Part shown: positions 47,139-56,733 of the stretch, in pieces
Layout: the number at the start of each line of letters is the position of its first letter
Numbering within the stretch: the first letter of the stretch is position 1
Origin: Thermoplasmata archaeon
Lineage (GTDB): Archaea > Thermoplasmatota > Thermoplasmata > Lutacidiplasmatales > UBA184
DNA: 64,000 bases
Direction of reading: 5' to 3'
Assembly (NCBI GenBank): GCA_052326305.1
Contig: JBKQPJ010000017.1
Span: 6,475 to 70,474 of the forward strand
Notes under the pieces: model-generated
Told to the model about the DNA's origin: nothing
The model's input: only the letters and a program-made list of their open reading frames with translations
Database searches by the model: none
Program-made: the position numbers and the translations under genes

Positions 47139-47377
47139 GTATCCCGGAACGGCCGGGCGTCATTAGGCGAACGGAGGACCCTCCCGGGCCCCGGTCGTCG
47201 GTCGCGAGGGGCGGTCCGACCGACCCCCTGGAGCGAGTTGGGTCGGGAGACGCCGGACCCGACCCCTCCCGCACCGGAGCGGCGCGGCCGACCCGTCGGG
47301 TCCGTTCCGGCGGCGGGCGATCCGCCCGTTCAGGGCGACTCCCGCGCGGTTATCTCCTCACTCGGCCACCGCCGGCC

Positions 47378-47614
47378 GTGTCCGCCCCGGCCGGCACCGC
47401 CCCGGAACCCCTCCCCCGCGCTCGGCGGCCGTCGCTCTCCAAGCGTTCCAAGATCGGCCTCGGCCTCCTATTCACCCTCCTCGGGCTCTTCCTGCTCGCG
47501 GACGAACTGCCGGTCGCTCCCGGACCGCTCGAGCACGCCCTCCCGGTCCTGGCCGCCGGGGTCGTGGGCCTCTGGGTGGGGGGCATCCTGATGGGGATCG
47601 GCAGCCGGTCCTAG
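47378..47614 (+). CDS. hypothetical 2-TM small protein
   Basis: Track ORF with hydrophobic helices; weak support. Confidence 0.25.
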   Translation: MSAPAGTAPEPLPRARRPSLSKRSKIGLGLLFTLLGLFLLADELPVAPGPLEHALPVLAAGVVGLWVGGILMGIGSRS

Positions 47615-47691
47615 GACCCCGGCGGAACGCGGCGGGCTTGGGAATCGCGGCGGCGTCGACTGGAATGTGCCGCTCCCTGCCAACAGGTTTC

Positions 47692-47697
47692 TTATAA
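47692..47697 (+). promoter_or_regulatory. TATA box (TTATAA) for the leaderless gene starting at 47719
   Basis: AT hexamer 22-27 nt upstream of the ATG. Confidence 0.45.
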
Positions 47698-47718
47698 CGA
47701 CGGTCCGTCCCGCGACCG

Positions 47719-48300
47719 ATGGAGTACGTCGTCGTCCGGGCGACCCACCCGTCCTGGCTGACCCTGCAGCTTCCGACCGAGGTGGCGACGTTGATACGGT
47801 TCGAGCCTCCGGCCGCCGGGGAGGCGCGGGATGGCGGCCGGTCGATCTCGTTCCTGGCCCGGGGCACCGGGCTCGTCCGCGTGATCGCGACCCATCCGGC
47901 GCGCGAGGCGCTGGCGATCGAGACGGTCCGCAGCCGCCTGCTCGCCACCGCCCGGCCGGGGGAGCGTCTCCTGTTCACGCTTCCGGCGTCCGTGGGCGAG
48001 CACCTCGGGCTCAAGGTGTACTCCCGGGGCCCGCGGGTGCGCGGGACCGACGACTCCCTCGTCTGGTTCGTGCCCGCGCCGGAGTACTACGAGTACCGCT
48101 CGCTCATTTCGGCCGGAAAGGCGTGGAACGGCCCGTCCGGAGGCCCGTTCGCCCACGTATATCTCGCGAAGTCCCTCGTCCCGTTCCCGAAGGAGCTCGG
48201 CGCGCTCGCCGAGCAGGAGTACCGGATCGAGCAGGACGAATGGCGCCCCGGGGTGGAGGCGCTCCATCGGATCGGACGGGGCCGGCGGACGGTGTTATAA
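47719..48300 (+). CDS. hypothetical protein (193 aa)
   Basis: A TTATAA box sits 23-28 nt upstream of the ATG (leaderless). No recognisable domain. Confidence 0.5.
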   Translation: MEYVVVRATHPSWLTLQLPTEVATLIRFEPPAAGEARDGGRSISFLARGTGLVRVIATHPAREALAIETVRSRLLATARPGERLLFTLPASVGEHLGLKVYSRGPRVRGTDDSLVWFVPAPEYYEYRSLISAGKAWNGPSGGPFAHVYLAKSLVPFPKELGALAEQEYRIEQDEWRPGVEALHRIGRGRRTVL

Positions 48301-48350
48301 CATCCCGGACCGGGCCGGTCTCGCAAACCGGTAGGTCGTTTTACGAACGT

Positions 48351-48357
48351 ATATATA
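48351..48357 (+). promoter_or_regulatory. TATA box (ATATATA) for the leaderless gene starting at 48382
   Basis: AT-rich heptamer in otherwise 70 % GC DNA, 25 nt upstream of the ATG. Confidence 0.5.
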
Positions 48358-48381
48358 GTGACCCGTGGAATAGAATTTGGC

Positions 48382-49041
48382 ATGCCGGCGTCGGGACGGC
48401 GGCCCACAAAGAGTGCTTCTTCGAGCGGCTACACCCTGCGTAATCCGGTCCCCCTCCGGAGCGCTTCCGACACCGCGCGGACGCGGGTCGGGATCCCCGA
48501 CGATGCGGTGCTCGCGAACCTCAGCGGTCCGGTCGATTTCGACTCCCTGGCGAAGGCGATCCGACGCTCCGTCGGCCACGACGGGATGCGTCCCGAGGAC
48601 GCCCGATCGATCGCCGCCCACGTGCTGAACTTCTTCGGCTTCAACGAGCGGATCATCGACAACGTCCTCGAGCCGGACGACCGCGACACGTTCTACATGC
48701 TCGAGGACACGGGGATCCTCGAGACCGAGCGGGACGAGACGACCCTCTACGACGGCCGCGAGTGGAGGATCCACTACTGGATGTTCCGCAAGGACCGGAT
48801 CTTCGAGCTGGCGCACGAGGAGAGCGCGGCGATGGCCGCCGCCGGCGAGCTCGACGTCGTCTACTCCTCCAACGCGAACCGCTCGGGAGCGTTCCGCCTG
48901 CCCCACGGCGAGGTCGGCACCGGGCTCCCGGCCCATGCCGTCTACCACGAGCTCGGGGACGAGATCTGGCTGGAACGCCGCCAGAACCCTATCCCGGCGC
49001 CCCCGGGGCCCCGGGCCCGACGCTCCCCGCTCGGCCCGTAG
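48382..49041 (+). CDS. hypothetical protein (219 aa)
   Basis: An ATATATA box at 48351-48357 lies 25 nt upstream of the ATG. No recognisable domain. Confidence 0.5.
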   Translation: MPASGRRPTKSASSSGYTLRNPVPLRSASDTARTRVGIPDDAVLANLSGPVDFDSLAKAIRRSVGHDGMRPEDARSIAAHVLNFFGFNERIIDNVLEPDDRDTFYMLEDTGILETERDETTLYDGREWRIHYWMFRKDRIFELAHEESAAMAAAGELDVVYSSNANRSGAFRLPHGEVGTGLPAHAVYHELGDEIWLERRQNPIPAPPGPRARRSPLGP

Positions 49042-49090
49042 GCGCGCCGGCGGCGAACCGTTAATCCCCCGCACCGGCTCCGCGCCGGGG

Positions 49091-49714
49091 ATGCGTCGCT
49101 TCCTGCTCCTCGCCCACCGGGTCCCGGCCCGGGGGGAGTTCACCCTGAACGACCTCGCGGGCGGAGGCGGGCGGATGGACGAGGTCGCCCGGGCGGTCTC
49201 GACCGCGTTCACGCTCTCGAACGACCTGCGCCGGGACACGGAGATGACGATCCTCTTCGCGGGAGGCCCCGCCGCCCCGCCGCGCCGGGTCGACCTGGTC
49301 GGCGCTCGCCTTCGCTACCTCAACCCCGACGAGCGGTCGACGGCCGCCCTGCTGAAGAACGCCCTCGCCCGCGCCGCGACCTACCCGCACGAGTTCGAGT
49401 CGTCCCCCGGGCTCCGGGTCGGGCCGACGGAGCCGCTGGAGGCCCTCGCCGAGTTCCTCCGGCGGCCGGGAGCGCTCTGGCTGACGGAGACCGGAACGCC
49501 GATCGCCGGGTGGCGAGGGCCCCCCGACGAGGTCGCCGCCGTCGTCTCGGACCCGTACGACCCGACCCCCGAGGAGACGGAGCGCCTCGTGTCGAGCGGG
49601 GTGCCGCGCGTCTCGGTGGGGCCCCTCGTGCTCCGGACGAGCCAGGTGATCGATGCCGTCCACCGGGAGCTCGACCTGCGCGCGCTCGGCCCGACGGCGG
49701 CTCGCCCGGGCTAG
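49091..49714 (+). CDS. trmY: tRNA (pseudouridine54-N1)-methyltransferase TrmY
   Basis: The SPOUT TrmY (MJ1640 family) pattern is seen in DLAGGGGRMDEVARAV ... LSNDLRRD. Confidence 0.8.
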   Translation: MRRFLLLAHRVPARGEFTLNDLAGGGGRMDEVARAVSTAFTLSNDLRRDTEMTILFAGGPAAPPRRVDLVGARLRYLNPDERSTAALLKNALARAATYPHEFESSPGLRVGPTEPLEALAEFLRRPGALWLTETGTPIAGWRGPPDEVAAVVSDPYDPTPEETERLVSSGVPRVSVGPLVLRTSQVIDAVHRELDLRALGPTAARPG

Positions 49715-50745
49715 CGGACGAGCGGGATCTCGTAGGATCCCCGAGCGCGCGGACCGATCGCCTCGCGGACCGTCCGCGTCCGCAGGCCGCCGACGATCGC
49801 CGTCAGCCGGACCGCGTCGCGGGGCTCGGGACCGAGCCGGGTGCCGAAGACGAGCCGTTCGGGCTCGTGGAGGTCGGCGCGGACCGCCTCGAGCACCCGG
49901 TCGAGGGTCTGCAGGGTGAGGTTGGCGCCGCCGTCGAGGTGGACGAGGACCGACGTCCGGTCCGAGAGCCGGTAGTCGAGCATCGTCCCGGAGAGCGCCT
50001 CGTGGACGAGCCGTTCGGGCTCGGAGATGTGCTGCTCGCCGATCGTGAGCGTGGAGAGGCCGGAGTCCCGCAGGTGGTTCTTGAGGCTCGCGAGGTCGAC
50101 GTTCAGCTGCGAGGGGTTCTCGACCATGTCGACCAGGCTCGCGACGAGGGAGTGCAGGTAGGCGTTCCGGACCTGGAAGACGCGGTGGATCGGGAGCGTC
50201 TCGAACCGGCGGAGCTTCTCGTTCGCCAGCGCGAGCAGGAGGCCCCCCATCCGCTCGAGCTCCTCGACCGTCTCCTCCACGTTCTTGCGCCGTCCCGGGT
50301 TCGACTCGAGCTCGACGCGGAACGGAAGGAAGATGACGGGGACCGGGAGCGTCGAGGTGCCGCGGAGGTGTCGGGAGAGGTACGGGAGGAGCGCGCTCCC
50401 CGTACCGCCCCCGAGCCCGGCGAGCAGGAAGACCATCTCGAACGGGGCGAGGCGGCCGAGGACCTCGTCCCGGCTCTCCTCGATCGCGCGGAGGACCGCG
50501 GCCCGATCGCCGCCGCTCCCCCGGCCTCGAAGCTCCCGGTGTCCGAGGAGGATCCGCTCGGTGACCCGGATCTTCGAGAGGTGGGCCTCGTCCGTGTTGA
50601 CCGCGATCGAGCGCACGCCGGGGATCCCGAGGCTCGCGATGTCCTGGGCCGCTTCGCTGCCGGCGCCGCCGAGCCCGACGATGGCGATCGGCGGGCCGGT
50701 GGAGGACGGCTTCCAGGCCTCCGGAAGCAGGTAACTGTCGTTCAT
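49711..50745 (-). CDS. divergent FtsZ/tubulin-family GTPase (CetZ/FtsZ-like, 344 aa, no C-terminal tail)
   Basis: T1 loop GLGGAGSE, T4 signature GLGGGTGSA, T7 NVDLAS. ATGA overlap with the upstream RHH gene region. Confidence 0.8.
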   Translation of the reverse strand: MNDSYLLPEAWKPSSTGPPIAIVGLGGAGSEAAQDIASLGIPGVRSIAVNTDEAHLSKIRVTERILLGHRELRGRGSGGDRAAVLRAIEESRDEVLGRLAPFEMVFLLAGLGGGTGSALLPYLSRHLRGTSTLPVPVIFLPFRVELESNPGRRKNVEETVEELERMGGLLLALANEKLRRFETLPIHRVFQVRNAYLHSLVASLVDMVENPSQLNVDLASLKNHLRDSGLSTLTIGEQHISEPERLVHEALSGTMLDYRLSDRTSVLVHLDGGANLTLQTLDRVLEAVRADLHEPERLVFGTRLGPEPRDAVRLTAIVGGLRTRTVREAIGPRARGSYEIPLVR

Positions 50746-50760
50746 CGGCCCCCCGGCCCC

Positions 50761-51126
50761 TCAGGGCGGTGGGGAGCCCTCCGCAGTGACGGCCTCGCCT
50801 TCGCGCCGGTGGGCTCGTGCGGGCGGAGAGAGCTGGTCGATGCGGCTGCGGATGTACTCCCGGACGGCAGAGCGCACGGCGTCGTCGACGCTCACCGAAT
50901 TACCCTCGCGGACGAACTCCTCCAGGCGGCTGTTGTCCTGCCGGGAGAGCTCGACGACGACCTTGCGAATGTGCTGGGGCGGCAGGTTGAGCTCGATGTA
51001 CTGCTCGAGCGCCTCCCGGATCGTGTCGGAGATCGTGGACGTCCCCTTGTGCTGCTGGATGTTCTTCAGCCCCTCGAGGAGGTCCTGCGGGATCCGCACC
51101 GTCACCCGCTCCGATGTGTCGACCAT
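50761..51126 (-). CDS. tandem ribbon-helix-helix (CopG/Arc-like) DNA-binding protein
   Basis: Two beta-strand-helix-helix units (VTVRIPQDLLEGL...; VSVDDAVRSAVREYI...). Confidence 0.7.
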   Translation of the reverse strand: MVDTSERVTVRIPQDLLEGLKNIQQHKGTSTISDTIREALEQYIELNLPPQHIRKVVVELSRQDNSRLEEFVREGNSVSVDDAVRSAVREYIRSRIDQLSPPARAHRREGEAVTAEGSPPP

Positions 51127-51129
51127 GTC

Positions 51130-51160
51130 CGTCAGACAATACCCCTAGCTTTGTCTGACG
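51130..51160. promoter_or_regulatory. perfect 10-bp inverted repeat CGTCAGACAA-N11-TTGTCTGACG, 4 nt upstream of the RHH gene start codon
   Basis: Read directly from the sequence. It is positioned between a TATA-like element (about -60) and the ATG of the RHH gene, so it is a likely operator or centromere-like site. Confidence 0.6.
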
Positions 51161-51437
51161 ATTGACATATCAGCCTTCGTGTATATGAACCCAGCTTCGG
51201 GCCCGCCGGCCCCGGACCCGGACGCTCGGGCCCGGCGCCCCCCGACGGCCGGCAGCTCCGCTCGCGGACCGAAGCGCTCGCGATCTACCTCCGGCGGGTC
51301 GAGGCGCCTCGGCGGCGCGCCGTGGGCGGGTCCTGCGGACGGGTCGCCGCGGTCCTCCGACCCGCCGCGTTCCGGGCCGTTCGTGACGGCGGGACCCGGC
51401 CCCGCGAACTTATGGACCGAGGCCGCTCGCTTCGGGA

Positions 51438-52376
51438 GTGACCGAGGAGGTCGTTCCGGTTTCCGTCGACCTCGAGGCGGCCGTCCGGCTCGGGCGCGCG
51501 GCGGTCCTCGGCCGTCCCTGGATCGGCACGCACGGGCCCGAGATCGCCGACCGGTTCGAGTCCGCTCTGCGAGCTGGGACCCGGCGAGGAGCCCTGTTCC
51601 GCCCGGGGGGCCGCTCCGCCGGGATCGCGGTCTGGGAGGTCCACGGCCCGCTCGGCGCCTCCGTCGACCTCCTCTACCTCGAGCGATCGATCGTCTCCGT
51701 CGGCGCGTATGCGCGGTTCTGGACCGGGCTACGGGAGCTCGCCGGCCCGATCGCCATGGCCCCCGGCGAGCTTCCCGGGCTCGCCGAACCCGAGGAGGAG
51801 CGCCTGATGGCCGGCCTCGGGCTCGCGCGTTTCGGCCGGAGCGAGATGGAGCTGCGCGACGGGGCCACCCTACCGGCACCGGATCTTCCGGTCGGGGGCT
51901 CGCTTCGCCGGATCGGTCCCCCGGACTTCTCCGAGCTCGCCCGTCTGCACCGGATCGCCTACCACGAGCGGTTCGACCGGTTCCTCTTCCTCGAGGACGA
52001 GGACGAGGAACGCGACGCCGAGCGAATGGTGAAGGACCTCTTCGGCGCGCGGTGGGGCGAGTTCGCCGCCGACGGGTCGTGGGGGCTCGAGATCGACGGT
52101 CGGCTCGTCGGCGCGGTGCTCAGCGTCCGTCGACCCCAGGGGACCCTCATCGCCGACGTCATGGTCGACCCGTCCCTCCAGGGCCGCGGGATCGGGCGGG
52201 CGGTGCTGCTCGCCACGATGCGCGCGCTCGCGGAGGCCGGCGCGGGATCCGTCGTCCTCAACGTGACGGAAGGCAACACCCGGGCGATCCGCCTGTACGA
52301 GAAGCTCGGGTTCGTCCGCTCGCTCGGACCGAGCCGGGACTGGTACGACCCGGCCCGGATCCCGGTGCCGCCCTAG
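51438..52376 (+). CDS. GNAT-family N-acetyltransferase with N-terminal extension
   Basis: C-terminal QGRGIGRAVL acetyl-CoA-binding motif. GTG start. Confidence 0.65.
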   Translation: MTEEVVPVSVDLEAAVRLGRAAVLGRPWIGTHGPEIADRFESALRAGTRRGALFRPGGRSAGIAVWEVHGPLGASVDLLYLERSIVSVGAYARFWTGLRELAGPIAMAPGELPGLAEPEEERLMAGLGLARFGRSEMELRDGATLPAPDLPVGGSLRRIGPPDFSELARLHRIAYHERFDRFLFLEDEDEERDAERMVKDLFGARWGEFAADGSWGLEIDGRLVGAVLSVRRPQGTLIADVMVDPSLQGRGIGRAVLLATMRALAEAGAGSVVLNVTEGNTRAIRLYEKLGFVRSLGPSRDWYDPARIPVPP

Positions 52377-52377
52377 G

Positions 52378-53718
52378 CTAGGACGCGCCCGGCTCGGCCG
52401 TCGCCGCGGGCCGGTCGGGGTGGTAGCCCAGTCGGCGGAGCTGTCCGAACGTCAGCAGCATGACGAGGCCGAGGACGCCGATCGCCGCCCCGGCGAACAG
52501 GTACGTCCCCCGGATGCCGATGGTGATCGCGAGGAGCCCGCCGAAGAACTGGCCGAGCGGGACGAACGAGATGCTCCCCAGCTCGTCCGCGGCGAAGACG
52601 CGGCCCATCCGCTCGTCGGGCACCGTCGCCTGGATCGTCGAAAGGAAGACGGTCGTGATCATCCCGGGAGCCAGCCCGTAGAGGAACAGGATCGGGAGGG
52701 CGAGCCAGATCGTGCGCACGAGGGCGAGGGCGACCAGGGCGAGACCCATCGCGAAGACGAGGGCGATCATCACGCGGCCGGCCCGCTCCTCGAACCGGAG
52801 GTGGCCGATCAGGAGGAAGCCGCACGCCGTGCCGAGCGTCGCCGCCGCGACCATCGCGCCGTAGTAGATCCCCTGGACGAGCCCGAGCCAGCTCACGACG
52901 TAGAGCGCGAGCTCGACCAGGGCGAGGGCCGTGAGGAAGTTGACGAACAGCGCGGCCACCGTGATCTCGAGGAGGTCGACCCGCTTCCAGAGGTAGGCGA
53001 ACCCCTCCCAGGCGTCGATCCAGATCGGCCGTCGGACCGCCGGTCGCTCGACGGACAGGTCGATGCCGATGAGCAGCAGCGTGACCTGGGTCGCGAAGAA
53101 CAGCCCGAACGGGATCGCGAGCGCGTACTCGCTCGGGCCGACCGTCAGCAGCACGCCGACGGCGACGGTCGCCAGGGCGCTCGAGATCGCCGCGACCGCG
53201 TAGATGAGGCCGTTCGCCCGGCCGAGGGCGCGCTGTTCCACGAGGCGGGGCACGAGGGTGTTGTACGCGGGCCGGAACAGCGTGGAGGTGGCGGCGACCG
53301 CCGCCCAGACCGGGTAGCTCAGGACGAGCCACTCGGGAAGGTAGAAGCCGCGCGGCCCGGGGAAGGGGATGCGGGCCCCGGGGCGGAGGATGAGGTCGGC
53401 GGCGAGCCCGGCCGTGGCGAGGAGCGCGCAGAGGTTCGCCCCCCGCATCAGCGCTCCGCGGTCGTAGCGGTCGGCGAACGCCCCGGAGAAGACCGCGGTG
53501 AGCAGGGTGGGGACGGTCGAGGAGAGCCCGAGGAACGCGAGGGCGAGCGCGCCGTACGTCTCCCGCTCCGCCTTCGGGTAGGCGAGCGCCACGCTGAACA
53601 GGAGGATCACCTGGACGGCGGACGGCGCGGCGAGCTGGAACGCCCCGGCCATGAGGAACGGACGAAACGAACGTTCCCGGAACAGGTCGGCGTACCGACC
53701 GGTGGCGGGCTCCGCCAT
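52378..53718 (-). CDS. MFS transporter
   Basis: 12 predicted TM helices with an MFS loop signature. Confidence 0.85.
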   Translation of the reverse strand: MAEPATGRYADLFRERSFRPFLMAGAFQLAAPSAVQVILLFSVALAYPKAERETYGALALAFLGLSSTVPTLLTAVFSGAFADRYDRGALMRGANLCALLATAGLAADLILRPGARIPFPGPRGFYLPEWLVLSYPVWAAVAATSTLFRPAYNTLVPRLVEQRALGRANGLIYAVAAISSALATVAVGVLLTVGPSEYALAIPFGLFFATQVTLLLIGIDLSVERPAVRRPIWIDAWEGFAYLWKRVDLLEITVAALFVNFLTALALVELALYVVSWLGLVQGIYYGAMVAAATLGTACGFLLIGHLRFEERAGRVMIALVFAMGLALVALALVRTIWLALPILFLYGLAPGMITTVFLSTIQATVPDERMGRVFAADELGSISFVPLGQFFGGLLAITIGIRGTYLFAGAAIGVLGLVMLLTFGQLRRLGYHPDRPAATAEPGAS

Positions 53719-53834
53719 GCGTCGGCCCGACCCTCCCCTACCGCATTAAGGGTATCGAACGCGGGGGGACCGCGGTTCGGCGCGGGCGAAACGGGCTTGT
53801 ACCGGCCGCCCGTCCGTCGACCCGGAGAGCCCCC

Positions 53835-54953
53835 GTGCGTCTCCTCTTCCAGGATCCGGTGACCGGCGTGCGCCGCGTGCGCCTCGAGACGCCGAGCGAC
53901 CTCTGGCGGATCGCCCGCCTCGTCCGTTCCGGCGACCTCGTCGGGGCGTCGACCACCCGTCGCGACCCCGAGGCGCCGATGGACGTCGCCGGGGCGGAGC
54001 GGGCCCGCCGGCGCGTCTTCCTCACCGTGCGGACGACCCAGGTCGAGTTCCATGGGTTCTCGAAGCACGTGCGGATCACCGGCCCGATCGTCGAGGGCCC
54101 GTTCGACATCGGTCGGCACCACACCCTCGACCTGACCGAGGGGGACGACGTCACCCTCGCCCGGGGGGAGCTCACGCCGGGCGAACGGGCGATTTTCGAA
54201 GAAGGCCTCGCCGGCAAGGGCGATCCGACGATCGTGGTGGCGGCGGTCGACTGGGGGGACTCCTCCCTCGTCCGGCTCCGGGGGCGGTCCGTCGAGCCGA
54301 TCGCCGACCTGCGCCGCTCGATCGCGGGAAAGCGGTACGCGGGCGGTCAGGCCGAGAAGGACCGCGCGACGTACGTCGCGGAGCTCGAGGCGCTCGTGCT
54401 CAAGGAGAGCGCCGACGCCCACGCGGTCCTCGTCGTCGGGCCCGGGTTCCTCAAGGAGGAGCTCTCCCGCCGGATCCAGGAGCACGCGCCCGAGGTGGCC
54501 CGCCGCTTGCGCGTCTACCCGACCGCCGAGTCGGGCCGGGTGGGGGTCGACGAGCTGCTCAAGTCGGGACGGGCGAGCGAGGTCCTGCGCGGCACCGTGG
54601 CCGCCGAGGAGGCGGAGTACGTCGAGCGGCTCGTCCGCGCGCTCGCCGGGGGGACCCGGGCCGCCGTCGGCCGCGAGGAGGTAGAGGAGGCGGTGGACGC
54701 GGGCGCGACGGAGACGATCCTCGTCTCGGAGGAGCTGCTGCCCGACCCCGCCGTGATCCCGATCCTCGACCGCTCCCGCGGGTCGAAGAGCCGGATCTTC
54801 GTCGTTCGGTCGGAAGGAGAGGCGGGCGCCCGGCTCGCCGCCCTGGGCGGCATCGGGGCGATCCTGCGCTACGACTGGACGAGCGGCCGGCGCCCTAGGG
54901 GATCGACTGGAGCGCCTCGCGCAGCTCCTCGAAGCGGCGCTTTAGGTCCTTGA
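53835..54953 (+). CDS. pelA: pelota/Dom34 homolog
   Basis: eRF1-like three-domain pattern with an N-terminal LETPSDLWRIARLV. GTG start. Confidence 0.85.
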   Translation: MRLLFQDPVTGVRRVRLETPSDLWRIARLVRSGDLVGASTTRRDPEAPMDVAGAERARRRVFLTVRTTQVEFHGFSKHVRITGPIVEGPFDIGRHHTLDLTEGDDVTLARGELTPGERAIFEEGLAGKGDPTIVVAAVDWGDSSLVRLRGRSVEPIADLRRSIAGKRYAGGQAEKDRATYVAELEALVLKESADAHAVLVVGPGFLKEELSRRIQEHAPEVARRLRVYPTAESGRVGVDELLKSGRASEVLRGTVAAEEAEYVERLVRALAGGTRAAVGREEVEEAVDAGATETILVSEELLPDPAVIPILDRSRGSKSRIFVVRSEGEAGARLAALGGIGAILRYDWTSGRRPRGSTGAPRAAPRSGALGP

Positions 54954-55740
54954 GCGCGTAGCGCAGCGCCTCGCGCGCGGAGAGGGAGCCGTCGGTCTCG
55001 AACCGCAGGAAGAACCGTTCCGTATCGGGGGTCACGCGCACCGAGCCGTGCTCGCAGGCGTCCTCGCAGGCCCCGCAGAGGATGCACTTCGCCTCGTCGG
55101 TGACGGAGAGCTTGCCGTTCTCGAACTCGAGGATGTTGACGGGGCACGACGCTCCCGTCCGCTTGAGGCAGGCGTCGGAGCAGCCTTCCTTGCGCGCGAT
55201 CTTCACGTGCGGGCGGGGCGTGATCCCGACCCCGTGCGCGACCTGCCACTTCGCGTGGTCGCGGGAGCTCCCGACGACCGCGGTCGCGTAGGCGAGCAGC
55301 GCCTGGCGGGCCCCCAGCCGGACGATGGGGATGTCGGGTTCGAGGATCGCGAGCGTGGGGTCGCCGAGCGGCACGACGTTCCGGGCGTAGACGGTGCACG
55401 GGCCCTTCTTGTCGATCGAGAACATCACCTGGCAGTGCGGGCAGCCGGTCCCGCCGCAGTCGCACTCGGACTTGCGCCAGAACTGTCCCGGGTCGCTCGG
55501 GATCGGAAGGAGGCCGAGCCGGAGCGCCACGCCCTCGTCAAACATGCTGGTCGACGAATCGTAATCCTTGCCCGACGTCTCGTCGCGGATCGGGCCGAGG
55601 TGGAACTCGACGTCCTCGATGGCGAGCTTCGGCACATCCGCGAGCAGGGTGCGCCGGATCGCGTTCACCTGCGAGGCGCTGGTGCCGACGAGCTCGAGCG
55701 TCGTGCTCCGCGTCTTGAGCTCGGCGATCGTGACCGGCAT
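54895..55740 (-). CDS. rpoD: DNA-directed RNA polymerase subunit D (Rpo3) with a 4Fe-4S domain
   Basis: Cys clusters CDCGGTGCPHC and CILCGACEDAC. Position in the S13-S4-S11-RpoD operon. Confidence 0.9.
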   Translation of the reverse strand: MPVTIAELKTRSTTLELVGTSASQVNAIRRTLLADVPKLAIEDVEFHLGPIRDETSGKDYDSSTSMFDEGVALRLGLLPIPSDPGQFWRKSECDCGGTGCPHCQVMFSIDKKGPCTVYARNVVPLGDPTLAILEPDIPIVRLGARQALLAYATAVVGSSRDHAKWQVAHGVGITPRPHVKIARKEGCSDACLKRTGASCPVNILEFENGKLSVTDEAKCILCGACEDACEHGSVRVTPDTERFFLRFETDGSLSAREALRYALKDLKRRFEELREALQSIP

Positions 55741-55742
55741 CG

Positions 55743-56126
55743 CTACACCCGCCGGCCGCGTCGGCCGCCCTTCGGCTTCGTGCCGTCGTGGGGGACCGGC
55801 GTGACGTCCTCGATGCGCTGGATCTTCACGCCCGCGCGCGCGAGGGCACGGATCGCGGCCTGGGCGCCGGGACCCGGCGACCTCGAACGGTTGCCGCCCG
55901 GAGCGCGGACCCGCACGTGGAGCGTGTCGTAGCCCTTCTCCTTGATCGCGGCGGCGACCTGGTCGGCGGCCTTCATCGCGGCGTACGGGCTCGATTCGTC
56001 CCGCGCCGCCTTCACGACCATCCCACCGGTCGCCTTCGCAAGCGTCTCCGCGCCGGTGATGTCGGTGACGGTGATGTGGATGTTGTTGTAGCTCGCGTAG
56101 ATGTGGGCGATGCCGATCCGCGCCAT
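55743..56126 (-). CDS. rps11: 30S ribosomal protein S11
   Basis: [18 protein letters not shown] uS11 signature. Confidence 0.95.
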   Translation of the reverse strand: MARIGIAHIYASYNNIHITVTDITGAETLAKATGGMVVKAARDESSPYAAMKAADQVAAAIKEKGYDTLHVRVRAPGGNRSRSPGPGAQAAIRALARAGVKIQRIEDVTPVPHDGTKPKGGRRGRRV

Positions 56127-56129
56127 CGC

Positions 56130-56726
56130 CTAGCCCCCCGGGGCGGCGGGAGCGGCCGCCGCCGGCTCGGCCGGCGCCGCGCGGTGCTCGAGCCGCTCCC
56201 GCAGCGCGAGGCGCATCGCGTGGTCGTCGCTGGCGAGGGGGCTCGTCGGGGTGTACGTGAGCCGCGTCTCCTCGGCCGGCGGCACGAGGTAGCCGGGACG
56301 GGTGACGCGGTGGTCACCGATCGAGAAGTGCCCGTGCACGATCCACTGGCGGGCGCCGTACGCGGTCGGCGCGAGCCCCCGGGAGAAGACGATCCACTCG
56401 AGACGTCGCTTCAGGAGGTCCTCGGTCGAGAGCGCGAGCACATCGTCGAGCGTCGGCGACCCGACCGGTAGGAGGCCGAGCCGAACGAGGCGTCCGAGGA
56501 GGCCCTCGGTCTCGCGCCGGGCCTGCTCCTCTCCGGCCCGTAACCGCGCCTGGAGATCGCGCGCCTGACCCCGGAAGCCCCGCAGGATCGACTGCGCCTT
56601 CCACAGCTCGCGCTTGTTCTTGAGGCCGTAGCGGTCGAGGAGCTTGCGCTCCTCCTCCATCCGGGTCGCTTCCCACGGATGCTTCGGGGTGTCGTAGGTC
56701 CGTCGCAGGAACTTAGGATCGCCCAT
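56130..56726 (-). CDS. rps4: 30S ribosomal protein S4
   Basis: uS4 N-terminus plus an S4 RNA-binding domain (RLEWIVFSRGLA). Confidence 0.95.
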   Translation of the reverse strand: MGDPKFLRRTYDTPKHPWEATRMEEERKLLDRYGLKNKRELWKAQSILRGFRGQARDLQARLRAGEEQARRETEGLLGRLVRLGLLPVGSPTLDDVLALSTEDLLKRRLEWIVFSRGLAPTAYGARQWIVHGHFSIGDHRVTRPGYLVPPAEETRLTYTPTSPLASDDHAMRLALRERLEHRAAPAEPAAAAPAAPGG

Positions 56727-56733
56727 CGGAGGA

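Noticed and set aside
51179-52381. 400-aa plus-strand ORF overlapping the GNAT gene in another frame
   Set aside because: Arg/Pro/Gly-dominated translation; the GNAT frame has the acetyl-CoA-binding motif.
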